Shown here piece after piece: positions 49,057-58,449 of a DNA stretch of 64,000 nt (position 1 is its first letter; each line of letters begins with the position of its first letter). Position numbers and translations under genes: made by a program. The DNA is from Lysobacterales bacterium (lineage in GTDB: Bacteria; Pseudomonadota; Gammaproteobacteria; Xanthomonadales; Rhodanobacteraceae): NCBI GenBank assembly GCA_038244165.1, contig JBBRTT010000010.1, positions 11,905 to 75,904 on the forward strand. Direction: 5' to 3'. Below the pieces are notes generated by a model. That model was not told where the DNA came from. It worked only from the letters and a program-made list of their open reading frames with translations, and made no database searches.

Positions 49057-51471
49057 TCAATGCAAGGTCTTGAACGTCTGCGCATCGAACGCATCGACCG
49101 CTACCACTTCGTTGCGCGCCGCATCCGCGTCTTGCAGCATTTTATACTCTTCAGCCGAGATGATGCCCGCCTTCAAGCCCATCTCGTCGAGCATGTAGCC
49201 GGGGGCGCGGTCCAGTTGTCCGGCGCGTACTGCATCGCGCAACTTGGTTTCGACCGGAATCGCACGCACCGCTTTCGTCAGTGCCGCTTCAAGCGCGCCG
49301 AGGCCCACTTCGCCTGGCGGTGGCACGAAGATGTCCGTGGTCAGGTTGATCCGCGCTTCGCGGTCTTCCAGGATGTCGCGGGCGACGCGCGCACCGAGCT
49401 TGTCCGACGGCGGCCGGAAGCGCGCGCCGAGCGGAAACACCGCCCACGACAACAGCCACGCAGCCGGTCGCGCCGGCAGATTTTCCAGCACGCCGAGCAG
49501 CGCTTCCTGCACGCGGTACAGGCAGTGTTCGGCGCTCCAGCGCACCAGATTGTAGTTTGCCGTGGTCTTGCCTTCATCGTGATAGCGCTTGAGCGCGCAC
49601 GAAGCCAGGTACATGTAGGCAAGCGCATCGGCCAGGCGTCCCGAAATTTTCTCCCGGCGTTTGAGCGAACCGCCGAGCGTGCCCATAGCGACATCGGACA
49701 ACAGTTCGAATGCCGCCGAAAATCGCGACAGGTGCTGGAAGTAGCGCGCGGTGTCTTCGGTGCGAGGGGCCGCGGCGAGGCGGCTGCCGGTCCACGCCAG
49801 CAGCTTGGCCCGCGTCGCATTGCGCGCGAGCAAGTTCACATGCCCGAAAATCGCCTTGTCGAATTTCTTCAGATCGTTTTCGGCAATTGCGGCGATCTCC
49901 AGCTGCACGAACGGATGGCAGCGGATTGCGCCCTGCCCGTAAATGATCATCGAGCGCGTGAGGATGTTCGCGCCCTCCACCGTGATGCCGATCGGCACGG
50001 CATCCCAGGCGCGTGCAAGGGTATTGCGCGGGCCTTTCTGGATCGCGGCACCGGCGCGGATGTCCATCGCGTCGGTAACGACTTCGCGCATACCTTCGGT
50101 CAGATATGCCTTGGCGATCGCCGACAGCACTGCGGGTTTTTCGCCGGCATCCAGCGCGCCGCAGGTGAGCGTGCGCGTCGCCGTCATCATGTAGGTCTTG
50201 CCGGCAATGCGAGCGAGCGGTTCCTCGATGCCTTCGAAGCGCCCGATCGGCGTATCAAATTGTTCGCGCACCGTCGCATACGCACCGCTGATGCGCGTCA
50301 TCATCTGCGCGGCGCCGACGCTGAGTGCGGGCAGCGAAATCGAGCGCCCCGCGGCGAGGCATTCCATGAGCATGCGCCAGCCCTGGCCGATGCCGGCGCG
50401 GCCGCCGATGACGCAATCCAGCGGCGCGAACACATCCTTGCCGACGATGGGACCGTTCATGAACGGCACGCCCATCGGATCGTGGCGCTGACCGATATCC
50501 ACGCCCTCCAGATCACGCGAAATCAACGCGCAGGAAATACCGAGATCTTCCTTGTCGCCGATCAGGTGATCCGGATCCTTGATGCGGAACGCGAGGCCGA
50601 TCAGGGTCGCGACCGGTGCGAGGGTGATGTAGCGTTTCTTCCAGTTAAGGCGCAGGCCGAGCACTTCCTTGCCGTCGATCATGCGTTTTTCGACGATACC
50701 TTCGGATTGCGTCGCCGCGGCGTCAGAGCCGGCTTCTGGGCCAGTCAGGCCGAAGCAGGGGATCTCGTCGCCCTTGGCCAGCCGTGGCAGATAATATTTT
50801 TTCTGCTCCTCGGTGCCATAGTGCAGCAGCAGTTCGCCGGGGCCGAGAGAGTTCGGAACCATCACTGTCACTGCCGCCGCGACCGAGCGCGAAGAAATGC
50901 GCGAAACCACGCGCGAATGCGCGATCGCGGAGAAGGCATGGCCGCCGTATTCCTTCGGGATGCCCATGCCGAAAAAACCATTGGTCTTCATGAACGCCCA
51001 GATGCTGGTCGGCAGATCGCGCAGCTGATTGATCTGCCAGTCGTCCAGGCGCGTGCACAACTCGTGCACCGGCCCATCCAGGAACGCCTGTTCTTCGGCG
51101 CTCAAGCCCCGCGGCGTGAAGGCGAGCAACTTTTCCCATTGTGGACGGCCGGAGAAGAGCTCTGCATCCCACCACACGGTGCCGGCTTCCAGCGCGATGC
51201 GTTCAGTCTCACCCAGGCGCGGCAACACTGGCGCCATGACTCTCATGGCAAAGCGCGAAACCAGCACCCGCCGTAGCGGCGGCAGGCCGAAGACTAACGC
51301 GAGCGTGGCCAGCCCAATGACGGTGATTTCAAACAGCAGCGGCGAATTGATGCCGGTGATGCGCCAGCCGAGCAGCCAGATCCCGGCGGCGCCGACCCAG
51401 GCCAGAAAACCGTAGCCGAGGAATAGCAGCGCGCTGAGTAGGATCAGCGCCAGAAGGAAGGTGATCAGCAT
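49057..51471 (-). CDS. fadE: Acyl-CoA dehydrogenase FadE type
   Basis: ALEAGTVWWD, VMVPNSLGPGELL, FGLTGPEAGSDA, ITVEGANILTR, C-terminal DUF1974-like region. Confidence 0.93.
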   Translation of the reverse strand: MLITFLLALILLSALLFLGYGFLAWVGAAGIWLLGWRITGINSPLLFEITVIGLATLALVFGLPPLRRVLVSRFAMRVMAPVLPRLGETERIALEAGTVWWDAELFSGRPQWEKLLAFTPRGLSAEEQAFLDGPVHELCTRLDDWQINQLRDLPTSIWAFMKTNGFFGMGIPKEYGGHAFSAIAHSRVVSRISSRSVAAAVTVMVPNSLGPGELLLHYGTEEQKKYYLPRLAKGDEIPCFGLTGPEAGSDAAATQSEGIVEKRMIDGKEVLGLRLNWKKRYITLAPVATLIGLAFRIKDPDHLIGDKEDLGISCALISRDLEGVDIGQRHDPMGVPFMNGPIVGKDVFAPLDCVIGGRAGIGQGWRMLMECLAAGRSISLPALSVGAAQMMTRISGAYATVREQFDTPIGRFEGIEEPLARIAGKTYMMTATRTLTCGALDAGEKPAVLSAIAKAYLTEGMREVVTDAMDIRAGAAIQKGPRNTLARAWDAVPIGITVEGANILTRSMIIYGQGAIRCHPFVQLEIAAIAENDLKKFDKAIFGHVNLLARNATRAKLLAWTGSRLAAAPRTEDTARYFQHLSRFSAAFELLSDVAMGTLGGSLKRREKISGRLADALAYMYLASCALKRYHDEGKTTANYNLVRWSAEHCLYRVQEALLGVLENLPARPAAWLLSWAVFPLGARFRPPSDKLGARVARDILEDREARINLTTDIFVPPPGEVGLGALEAALTKAVRAIPVETKLRDAVRAGQLDRAPGYMLDEMGLKAGIISAEEYKMLQDADAARNEVVAVDAFDAQTFKTLH

Positions 51472-51534
51472 GAACGCACCTGCAGGCTCGCGGCGTTGGA
51501 CTTATCATCTACCGCGAACGACAAAAAGCAAAGC

Positions 51535-51873
51535 TCACTCAGCTTTTTTCAGATCCGCCGTGTTCCAGTTGAACTGCATATACAGCACGCTCGGCGTGCC
51601 GGCGGTATCGAAGCGCACGCGGCACTCGTAGCTCTGTTTGTATTCGGTCGAAAGACCCTTGTCGAACACGGCCGTGGAATTGAGCAGCAAGGTATCGGCC
51701 GCTTCGGTCTTGACGTGCTTGGCAAGATCGCCGATATCGATCTCGTAGGTTTTGCCGCTCAGCCGCTTGGCGATTTCGCTGCTGCACGCAGCCGCCGCCT
51801 GGTCATTGCGACCGTGGCCACAAGCGCCAAGGAACAACCCGGCCACAAGCACCGGCATGATGCGTGCGCGCAT
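51535..51873 (-). CDS. Hypothetical lipoprotein
   Basis: Lipobox LGAC and two further Cys. Confidence 0.7.
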   Translation of the reverse strand: MRARIMPVLVAGLFLGACGHGRNDQAAAACSSEIAKRLSGKTYEIDIGDLAKHVKTEAADTLLLNSTAVFDKGLSTEYKQSYECRVRFDTAGTPSVLYMQFNWNTADLKKAE

Positions 51874-51995
51874 ACCCCACCCTCCTTCTATGCGCTGTCG
51901 CGAATTGTTTTGTATTCGCTACGCGATCAACGCCATTTATATCTCTGCTCGCCGACAAACTATAGCAGGATGCGTCAGCCGAGAGTGAAGGGCCA

Positions 51996-52922
51996 CTAGT
52001 AACGCGCGACCGCTGGATCGATTTCCCGCGACCAGGCATCGATGCCACCCTCGACGTTGTAGACCTGGCGGAAGCCGAGCCCGCGGAAATGCTCGGCAGC
52101 GCGCGCGCTGCGACCACCGCTATGGCACAGAAATGCCAAAGCCGTGTCTTTCGGCAGGGTGGTGAGCGCCTCGATGCCGTCGTCGAAGGTGCGGAACTGC
52201 TGCTTCAGCGCCGCCGCCGCGCGTTCCTCAGGCGGACGCACGTCGACCACAGTGATCGAGCCGGCATCCAGGCGCGCCTTGAGTTCGCTCACCGACAAGG
52301 CTTTCACCGCGGCTGGCGCGTTGGGATTGTCGATCGCCAGTCCCCCACCCTGAGGGGTTTCCACCCAGTCGATGCGGATGCCATGCGCGCGCTTCGCACT
52401 TGGCAGATCCATGAAAATCGCAACGCCGTTCGCGTCGCTGCGGATGGCGTGATCGTCGGCTTGCGCCAGGTGAAATTGCGCCTGGAAGCGCGCGTCGATC
52501 GCCAGGTGCAGGGCGACGCCAGGTTCCGCATCGGCCAGCGCCTCGCGGATCGCACTGGCGGCGACATCGCTCATCGTGATCTGTGGTGGCGTGCGATCCG
52601 GTTGCGGCAGGCCGAGCAATTCCTGCAATTGTCCACTCGTATACATCGACTGCACGATGTCCGCGCCGCCGATCAATTCACCCTTGACGTACAACTGCGG
52701 AATCGTCGGCCAGTTGCCGTAGACCTTGATGCCTTCGCGGATGTCGGCGTCGGCGAGTACGTCGACGCTGGCGTACTCGGGCAGCAGCTCGTCCAGTACG
52801 CCGACAGTGGCCGCAGAAAAGCCGCAGCGCGGAGCGTCGCGCGTACCTTTCATGAACAGCACGACCGGATATTCCGACAGGATCGATTCGATGCGAGTGC
52901 GAACAGCGGGGGCAAGAGTCAT
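51996..52922 (-). CDS. grxD: Monothiol glutaredoxin (CGFS) fused to a degenerate IscA/HesB-like domain and a rhodanese domain
   Basis: LFMKG...PRCGFS, WPTIPQLYV.GELIGG.DI; middle ITMSD.A...IDNPNA; C-terminal VDVR...CHSGGRS...GGIDAW. Confidence 0.88.
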   Translation of the reverse strand: MTLAPAVRTRIESILSEYPVVLFMKGTRDAPRCGFSAATVGVLDELLPEYASVDVLADADIREGIKVYGNWPTIPQLYVKGELIGGADIVQSMYTSGQLQELLGLPQPDRTPPQITMSDVAASAIREALADAEPGVALHLAIDARFQAQFHLAQADDHAIRSDANGVAIFMDLPSAKRAHGIRIDWVETPQGGGLAIDNPNAPAAVKALSVSELKARLDAGSITVVDVRPPEERAAAALKQQFRTFDDGIEALTTLPKDTALAFLCHSGGRSARAAEHFRGLGFRQVYNVEGGIDAWSREIDPAVARY

Positions 52923-53017
52923 AAAATCTCAAAACGGCGTCGAGGAAGGGCAAATTATAGCCCTGCGACTGTCACGGCGCAGTGGCGACCGGCGATTAGC
53001 TGTGATATTCACGGGCG

Positions 53018-53593
53018 ATGTCGATGGTGACGGACGAACCGACACTTACCTTGCTGCAGCGCCTGCGTGCCGGCGATGCCGATGCGCGCGAACGTCTGGT
53101 GGCGCGTTACCTGCCGCGCCTTACGCGCTGGGCACACGGCAGGCTGCCGACCGGCGCACGCGATTTGAGCGATACCCACGACCTTGTTCAGGTCACCCTC
53201 GTTCGGGTGTTATCTCATCTGGAGGGTTTTGAACCGGAGCACGGCGGCAGCCTGCTGGGATATCTGCAGCAGGCCTTGCTCAATGTCTTGCGCAACGAGA
53301 TCCGGCGTTCGCGCCGGCGCGGAGAACATGGCGCGCTGCCGGACAATCTGCCGGCGGACGAGGAAGGCTCTCCGCTGGCGCAAGCGGCGGGCCGCGAACG
53401 CCTGGAGCATTACGAGCGCGCGCTGGCCCAACTGACACGGCGCGAGCAAGAACTGGTGGTGATGCGAATGGAGCTGGGACTGGATTATGCCGAAATGGCG
53501 GTCGAACTGGGCAGTACACCGGATGCGGTACGCATGGCGCTGCGCCGTGCAACCGCGCATTTGGTCAAGGTGTTGAGTGATGGCTCACATTAA
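53018..53593 (+). CDS. ECF sigma factor of the kinase-associated type
   Basis: TLLQRLRAGD..ARE.L, SDTHDLVQ (DAEDLVQ variant), sigma4 region YAEMA.ELG.TPDAVRMAL.RA; overlaps the kinase gene. Confidence 0.88.
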   Translation: MSMVTDEPTLTLLQRLRAGDADARERLVARYLPRLTRWAHGRLPTGARDLSDTHDLVQVTLVRVLSHLEGFEPEHGGSLLGYLQQALLNVLRNEIRRSRRRGEHGALPDNLPADEEGSPLAQAAGRERLEHYERALAQLTRREQELVVMRMELGLDYAEMAVELGSTPDAVRMALRRATAHLVKVLSDGSH

Positions 53594-55208
53594 GCCGGAT
53601 CCCCAGGAGACTGATCCAGGTCAGGCCGATCTTCACACCGATCTGCAGCGGGCAATCGACGAGTTGCTCGACGCGCATGCGCCGGATTGGTCGACCACGG
53701 CCGGATTGTTGATTGCGCACCCGGCCGAGCTCGAAGCGCTGCGCCTGCTTTCCGATGTCAGCGCCGGCTGCCGCCGCTTGCAAGCGGCCGACAGCACGCC
53801 GCGGCCACCGCCGCTGTTTTGCTGGGGCGATCTGGAAGTGCGTGAACAGATCGCGAGCGGCTCTTCGGCCGAGATATTCCGCGCCTATGATCCGGGACTG
53901 GGTATCGAGGTTGCGTTGAAGTTGCATCGCGACGCAGCGCACAGCCCGCCGGCAGGGCGCTTCCTCGCCGAAGCGCGCCATCTTGCCCGCGTGCGTCAGC
54001 GCAATATTGTCGGCGTCTACGGGGCGACCGTGCATGCGGGGCGAGCCGGCCTGTGGTGTGAATGGGTTGACGGTGCCACGCTGGCCGATCTGCTGCGCGA
54101 GCAGGGCCCGTTCGCCGCGGTGGAAGCCGCCTATGTCGGCATCGAACTGTGCCATGCGCTGAGTGCTTTGCACGGCGCAGGCTTGCTCCATGGCGACCTC
54201 AAACCCGGCAACGTTTTGCGCGAACGCGGCGGACGCATCGTTCTGGTGGATCTTGGCGCCGGCGGCGCACCCGGCGAAGTCAATGCAGCGAGCATCGAAT
54301 ATGGAACGCCGGCCTACCTGCCGCCGGAAGTACTTGCGGGCGCGGAGCGCCGCCCCGAGCACGATCTGTACGCCCTGGGCCGGTTGCTGCAGACCTTGCT
54401 CGCGGGGGCGCCCGATTCGCCGCCACCGGATTCGGTTTCGGGGACCATGCTCGATGTGTTGACGCGCGCGACGGCGGCGGAACCCGTGCATCGTTATCTG
54501 CGGGCGGCCGATCTGGAGCACGACTTGATTGCGGCGCTGACCGGGATGATTGGCGTCGCGGTACCGCTGCCGCCGCGAACGCGGCGCCGCTTGCCAAAAG
54601 CATTGGCAACCGCAGCATTGCTGCTTGCATTGCTGGTTGCCGCGGTCGTGTATTGGAACGGCGTGGGTACACAATGGCAGACGGATATCGCCTTCAAACG
54701 GCGCGGTGCCGCCGTTGACGCAGCACTCGTCGACGGCAGCGCGCTAGTCTCGGGCGATCGGGTTTTGCTCGAGTTCCGCAGCAGTGTGCCGAGCTACGCT
54801 TATGTGCTCAATGAAGATGCAAGCGGTGCCTTGCATGTGCTGTTTCCGCTGCCCGGCCTGGCGCAGCACAATCCGCTGCCGGCCGACACGCAATTGCAGT
54901 TGCCCGGCCGCGATGGCGTACGCGACTTGTCGTGGGAACTCAGCGGCGATTCGCCGCGCGAGGAATTTCTAGTCGTCGTCGCGCGCGCGCCACTGATCAA
55001 ACTCGAGCGACGACTGACGCTGGCGCCGCGGGCTGCGTACGAACCGCAGCGTGGCGTGCAGACTATCGCGGCGCAATTGCCGCCGGCCTTGCAGGTCAAA
55101 GGTGTAGCGCTCGCCGGCATCCTCGATGAACTGGAGCCGGAACTTGCCGACCGGAAAGGCGTGCTCGCTTACGTGTTTCACTTTCATCGCGATTCTGCCG
55201 CGAACTGA
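53580..55208 (+). CDS. Membrane Hanks-type Ser/Thr kinase with a C-terminal DUF4384-like extracytoplasmic domain
   Basis: IASGSSAEIFRA, VALK, HGDLKPGNVL, VDLG, GTPAYLPPE, DLYALG; RRR then a TM helix; GDRV.LEF....YAYVLNEDASG..HVLFP. Confidence 0.87.
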   Translation: MAHIKPDPQETDPGQADLHTDLQRAIDELLDAHAPDWSTTAGLLIAHPAELEALRLLSDVSAGCRRLQAADSTPRPPPLFCWGDLEVREQIASGSSAEIFRAYDPGLGIEVALKLHRDAAHSPPAGRFLAEARHLARVRQRNIVGVYGATVHAGRAGLWCEWVDGATLADLLREQGPFAAVEAAYVGIELCHALSALHGAGLLHGDLKPGNVLRERGGRIVLVDLGAGGAPGEVNAASIEYGTPAYLPPEVLAGAERRPEHDLYALGRLLQTLLAGAPDSPPPDSVSGTMLDVLTRATAAEPVHRYLRAADLEHDLIAALTGMIGVAVPLPPRTRRRLPKALATAALLLALLVAAVVYWNGVGTQWQTDIAFKRRGAAVDAALVDGSALVSGDRVLLEFRSSVPSYAYVLNEDASGALHVLFPLPGLAQHNPLPADTQLQLPGRDGVRDLSWELSGDSPREEFLVVVARAPLIKLERRLTLAPRAAYEPQRGVQTIAAQLPPALQVKGVALAGILDELEPELADRKGVLAYVFHFHRDSAAN

Positions 55209-55296
55209 TCTAGCTCTGAAACAACCGGAGCACCAGGTTTCTTTCGCGAGCAGACGGTAGCTACAATGTGCAAGGCACAGCAGGAATGTATACGCC

Positions 55297-58200
55297 ATGC
55301 GCAGCGGTCGACGCAGTTGGCTCGTTACGACGCTCGCATTGTTCGCGACGGTCGTCACGTCCAGCACGCTCGCGGCTGATTCATTCGATGCGCTGCTGGC
55401 GCAAGGCCAGTTCGCTGCCGCCGAAAAACTGGCGCGTATGCAACTCACCCAAGCCGAGCACGCATCGGCTGCAACTCCCGCCGCTGTTGCCGACGCGCTC
55501 GTGCGTCTGTCGCGCGTCGCGCTTGAACGCAATCGCCCGGAGACACCGGAACTGGAATCGTGGCTGGCGCGCGCCCTCACATTGCGCGAGAAACTCGACG
55601 GTGCGCAAAGCGCGAGTGCCGCCGAGGTCAAGCTGATGCAGGCGCGGCGGCTGGCCAAGCTTGATCGCGCGGAGCCGGCTTTCGCGACGGCGCTGCAAAC
55701 GCAGGGGCAAACCAATGCGTGGCCGCTCTTGCTGAATGCGCGCATCGCCGGAGTGCTCGCGTCGATCCAGAACCAGCGCGCCGACCCAAAGTCCGCGTTG
55801 CAATCAGCCACGCTTGCCGAGCAACTTGCGCGGTCGCAAGGCGACGCTGCCGTCGGCGTATTGATCGACGCGTTGGACGATCAGGCCTTTGCGCTGGTGC
55901 GCATGCGCAAAGGAGGCGACGCTCTCGCGCCCGGTGGCGAAGCCGAGCAGCTTGCGCGCGAACGCTTTGGCGCGCAAAGCCGGCAGCGCGCCGACGCACT
56001 GCGCATCGTTGCCTATGCACGGCGCGACCAGGGCGATTTCGGCGGCGCGATCAACGCGCTCGAGCAAGCACTCGACCTTCAGCGGGCGCAAGCGGAAGTC
56101 GATCAGCGCCAAGTGAGTTTGCTGTTGCTCAATCTGGGCCAGACGCTGAAGATATCCGGCAACAGCGAAGCTGCGCTCAAACGCTACGAACAAGCGCTCG
56201 CGAACGACGCGCACTTTGCCGATCCGGCGGGGCGCAACCGCGCTTCGATCCTGCACGGATTGGCAAATCTGTACCGCGACCGCAACGACAACCGCCGCGC
56301 GGTAACGCTGTATTCGCAAGCGCTGCTGCTGTTCGAGCGCATCTATGGCGCAGATTCCACGCAACTGGCACAGGTCGTCAACAACTACGCAAATGCGCGC
56401 GGCAATCTGGGCGAGTACGACGCAGCGATTGCGCTGTACGAGCGCGCACTCGCGATCGCGCGCCGACGCGAAAGCCGCGATCCGGCCGATTACCTGCCGC
56501 AGGCGAATCTGGCGATGGTGAAAGTCTGGCAAGGCCGTTACGCTGCGGCGGAACCGGACTTCCGCGAAGTGCTCGAGCGGCTGCGCGGCGTCGCGGCGGG
56601 CAGCGAAGCCAGTGCATTGTTTGTCCAGCTTGGACTGGCCGCCAGTCTGTGGGGCCAGAACCGTCTGGATGAGGCGTTTGCGGCGGCGATTTCGGCGGAA
56701 ACGATTCGCCAGTCCGGGCTGCGCCTGGCAGCGACCCATCTGGGCGAGCAGCACGCGATCGGCTTCCAGGAATACCTGCGGCCAAGCCTTGATTTTGTAC
56801 TTGCGATTGCGACGGCTAGTGGCAATCCCGAGCACCTGGAGCGTGCCTGGGAAGTCAGCATTGCCGCGCGCGGCCAGGTAACTTCGATCGTCGCGCAGCG
56901 CTTGTCCGCCGCGCGTGCGGCGCGCGACCCGAACGTGGCGCCGTTGTGGCAGGCGTGGCGCGATGCGAGCGCGGCTGTCGCGCGCACCGAACTCGCCGTC
57001 GATGCCGACGAGACGCGAAAGATCGCCGCGCGCGCAGCCCTGGACCGCGCCGAACGTGCGTTCAGTGCTGCGACCAATCCGCTGAGCGCCGCACTGGATG
57101 GATCGCGTTTGAACTTCACCGAGTTGCGGCGTGGCGTGCCCGACGACACGGCGTTGGTCTTGTTTGCTTCAGTGCAGCCGCGCTTGGCGAGCGATTTCGC
57201 CAAGCTCGAAGCCGAACAGCACGCGCCGGATCTGTACGCATTCGTGTTGCCGGCAGCGGGCCACCCGGTGCGCGCATTGCGACTGGGTGCGCTCGATGAA
57301 GCCACCCGTCTGGTCGACGCGTGGAGCGCGGCGTTGAGCGATCGCAATGTCGCGCAGGCAAGCGTTGCGGCGCGTGGCCGCGACGTACGCGCGCGACTGT
57401 GGGATCCGCTCGCGGCAGCAATCCCGGGCAAGCGCGTGTTTCTTATTCCGCAGGGCCCATTGTTTCGCGTGCCGTGGCCGGCGTTGCCCGACCAAAGCGG
57501 TTTCCTGCTCGATGCCGGTTACGTATTCCACGTGATCGATCATGAGCGCGAATTGCTGCAGCCGGCGCTGCCGCCGTCATCCACGCAGCGCCTGCTTGCC
57601 GTGGCCGATCCTACCCTGGCTGCAAGTCCGCCTGCGCGCGCCCGCGGCTGCGCCGGAGCGCAGCCACTTTCGACATTGCCCGGCGCGCGCCGCGAAGTGA
57701 AAGGCCTCAGCACGCTTTGGCGGACACATTTCTCTGGTGGCGAAGCCGTCGTGTTGGAGGGCAGCGAAGCAACCGAAGCGCATGTGCGCAGCGCGGCGGC
57801 CCGCGCTGACGTGCTGCACTTCGCGACGCACGGAATCAGCATCGCCGGCGACTGCGCGCCGACTGGCACGCGTGGTTTCACGCTCGCTGCCGAAGCACCG
57901 GCCGGTGACACCGCGGCGCCGGCATTCGCATCGGCCGCACTGGCGCTGGCCACTGGCGATGCGGCCGGCAGCGATGATGATGGCGTGCTTAGCGCCGAAG
58001 AAATCACTGCACTGGATTTGTCGCGCGTGCGCTGGGCGGTGTTGGCTGCCTGTTCCACGGCCGCCGGCACAGCGCATCACTACGAAGGCTTGTTCGGACT
58101 GGCGCGTGCCTTCCGGCTTGCCGGTGCGCGCACCGTGATCACGAGTTTGTGGCCGGTCGACGATGCCGCCACGGCGGCCTGGTCGCAGGCGCTGTACGAA

Positions 58201-58341
58201 GCTCGACTCACCCAGCATGCAGACAGCGCGACTGCGCTGCGCGATGCGCAGGCCAGCGTACTCGCCGCGCGCCGCAGCCGCGGCGAATCGACGCACCCGT
58301 ATTACTGGGCGGCATTCGTCGCGTCCGGCGATTGGCGCTGA
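55297..58341 (+). CDS. Exported TPR-CHAT (caspase-like, clan CD) protease
   Basis: Signal peptide, TPR repeats, LWDPL, LIPQGPL.RVPW.AL, LPGARREV, LHFATHG (His), LAACSTA (Cys), VITSLWPVDD, HPYYWAAF. Confidence 0.92.
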   Translation: MRSGRRSWLVTTLALFATVVTSSTLAADSFDALLAQGQFAAAEKLARMQLTQAEHASAATPAAVADALVRLSRVALERNRPETPELESWLARALTLREKLDGAQSASAAEVKLMQARRLAKLDRAEPAFATALQTQGQTNAWPLLLNARIAGVLASIQNQRADPKSALQSATLAEQLARSQGDAAVGVLIDALDDQAFALVRMRKGGDALAPGGEAEQLARERFGAQSRQRADALRIVAYARRDQGDFGGAINALEQALDLQRAQAEVDQRQVSLLLLNLGQTLKISGNSEAALKRYEQALANDAHFADPAGRNRASILHGLANLYRDRNDNRRAVTLYSQALLLFERIYGADSTQLAQVVNNYANARGNLGEYDAAIALYERALAIARRRESRDPADYLPQANLAMVKVWQGRYAAAEPDFREVLERLRGVAAGSEASALFVQLGLAASLWGQNRLDEAFAAAISAETIRQSGLRLAATHLGEQHAIGFQEYLRPSLDFVLAIATASGNPEHLERAWEVSIAARGQVTSIVAQRLSAARAARDPNVAPLWQAWRDASAAVARTELAVDADETRKIAARAALDRAERAFSAATNPLSAALDGSRLNFTELRRGVPDDTALVLFASVQPRLASDFAKLEAEQHAPDLYAFVLPAAGHPVRALRLGALDEATRLVDAWSAALSDRNVAQASVAARGRDVRARLWDPLAAAIPGKRVFLIPQGPLFRVPWPALPDQSGFLLDAGYVFHVIDHERELLQPALPPSSTQRLLAVADPTLAASPPARARGCAGAQPLSTLPGARREVKGLSTLWRTHFSGGEAVVLEGSEATEAHVRSAAARADVLHFATHGISIAGDCAPTGTRGFTLAAEAPAGDTAAPAFASAALALATGDAAGSDDDGVLSAEEITALDLSRVRWAVLAACSTAAGTAHHYEGLFGLARAFRLAGARTVITSLWPVDDAATAAWSQALYEARLTQHADSATALRDAQASVLAARRSRGESTHPYYWAAFVASGDWR

Positions 58342-58394
58342 GATATACGTCCGATCGGGCTTGCCGGGGAATGCGCTGGCGCCGCCGCAGTCAT

Positions 58395-58420
58395 GTTCGC
58401 CTTGCCCCGCCGCGGTGTTT
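58395..58420 (+). promoter_or_regulatory. Candidate ECF promoter motif, copy 1
   Basis: GTTCG-N12-GCGGTGTTT, ending 29 nt before ATG 58450. Confidence 0.65.
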
Positions 58421-58449
58421 TGACATGGTGATCACCAGCGGAGCCAGCC

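Noticed and set aside
48931-51276. Long antisense ORFs (781 aa opposite fadE; similarly 33966..35903, 29835..31697, 24357..26015)
   Set aside because: Shadow frames of well-conserved genes in high-GC DNA, with no recognisable motifs.
55297-58341. TPR-CHAT as part of a type III-E CRISPR or gasdermin defence locus
   Set aside because: No Cas7-11, Csx30/31, gasdermin or CRISPR array in the window, and the protein carries an export signal.
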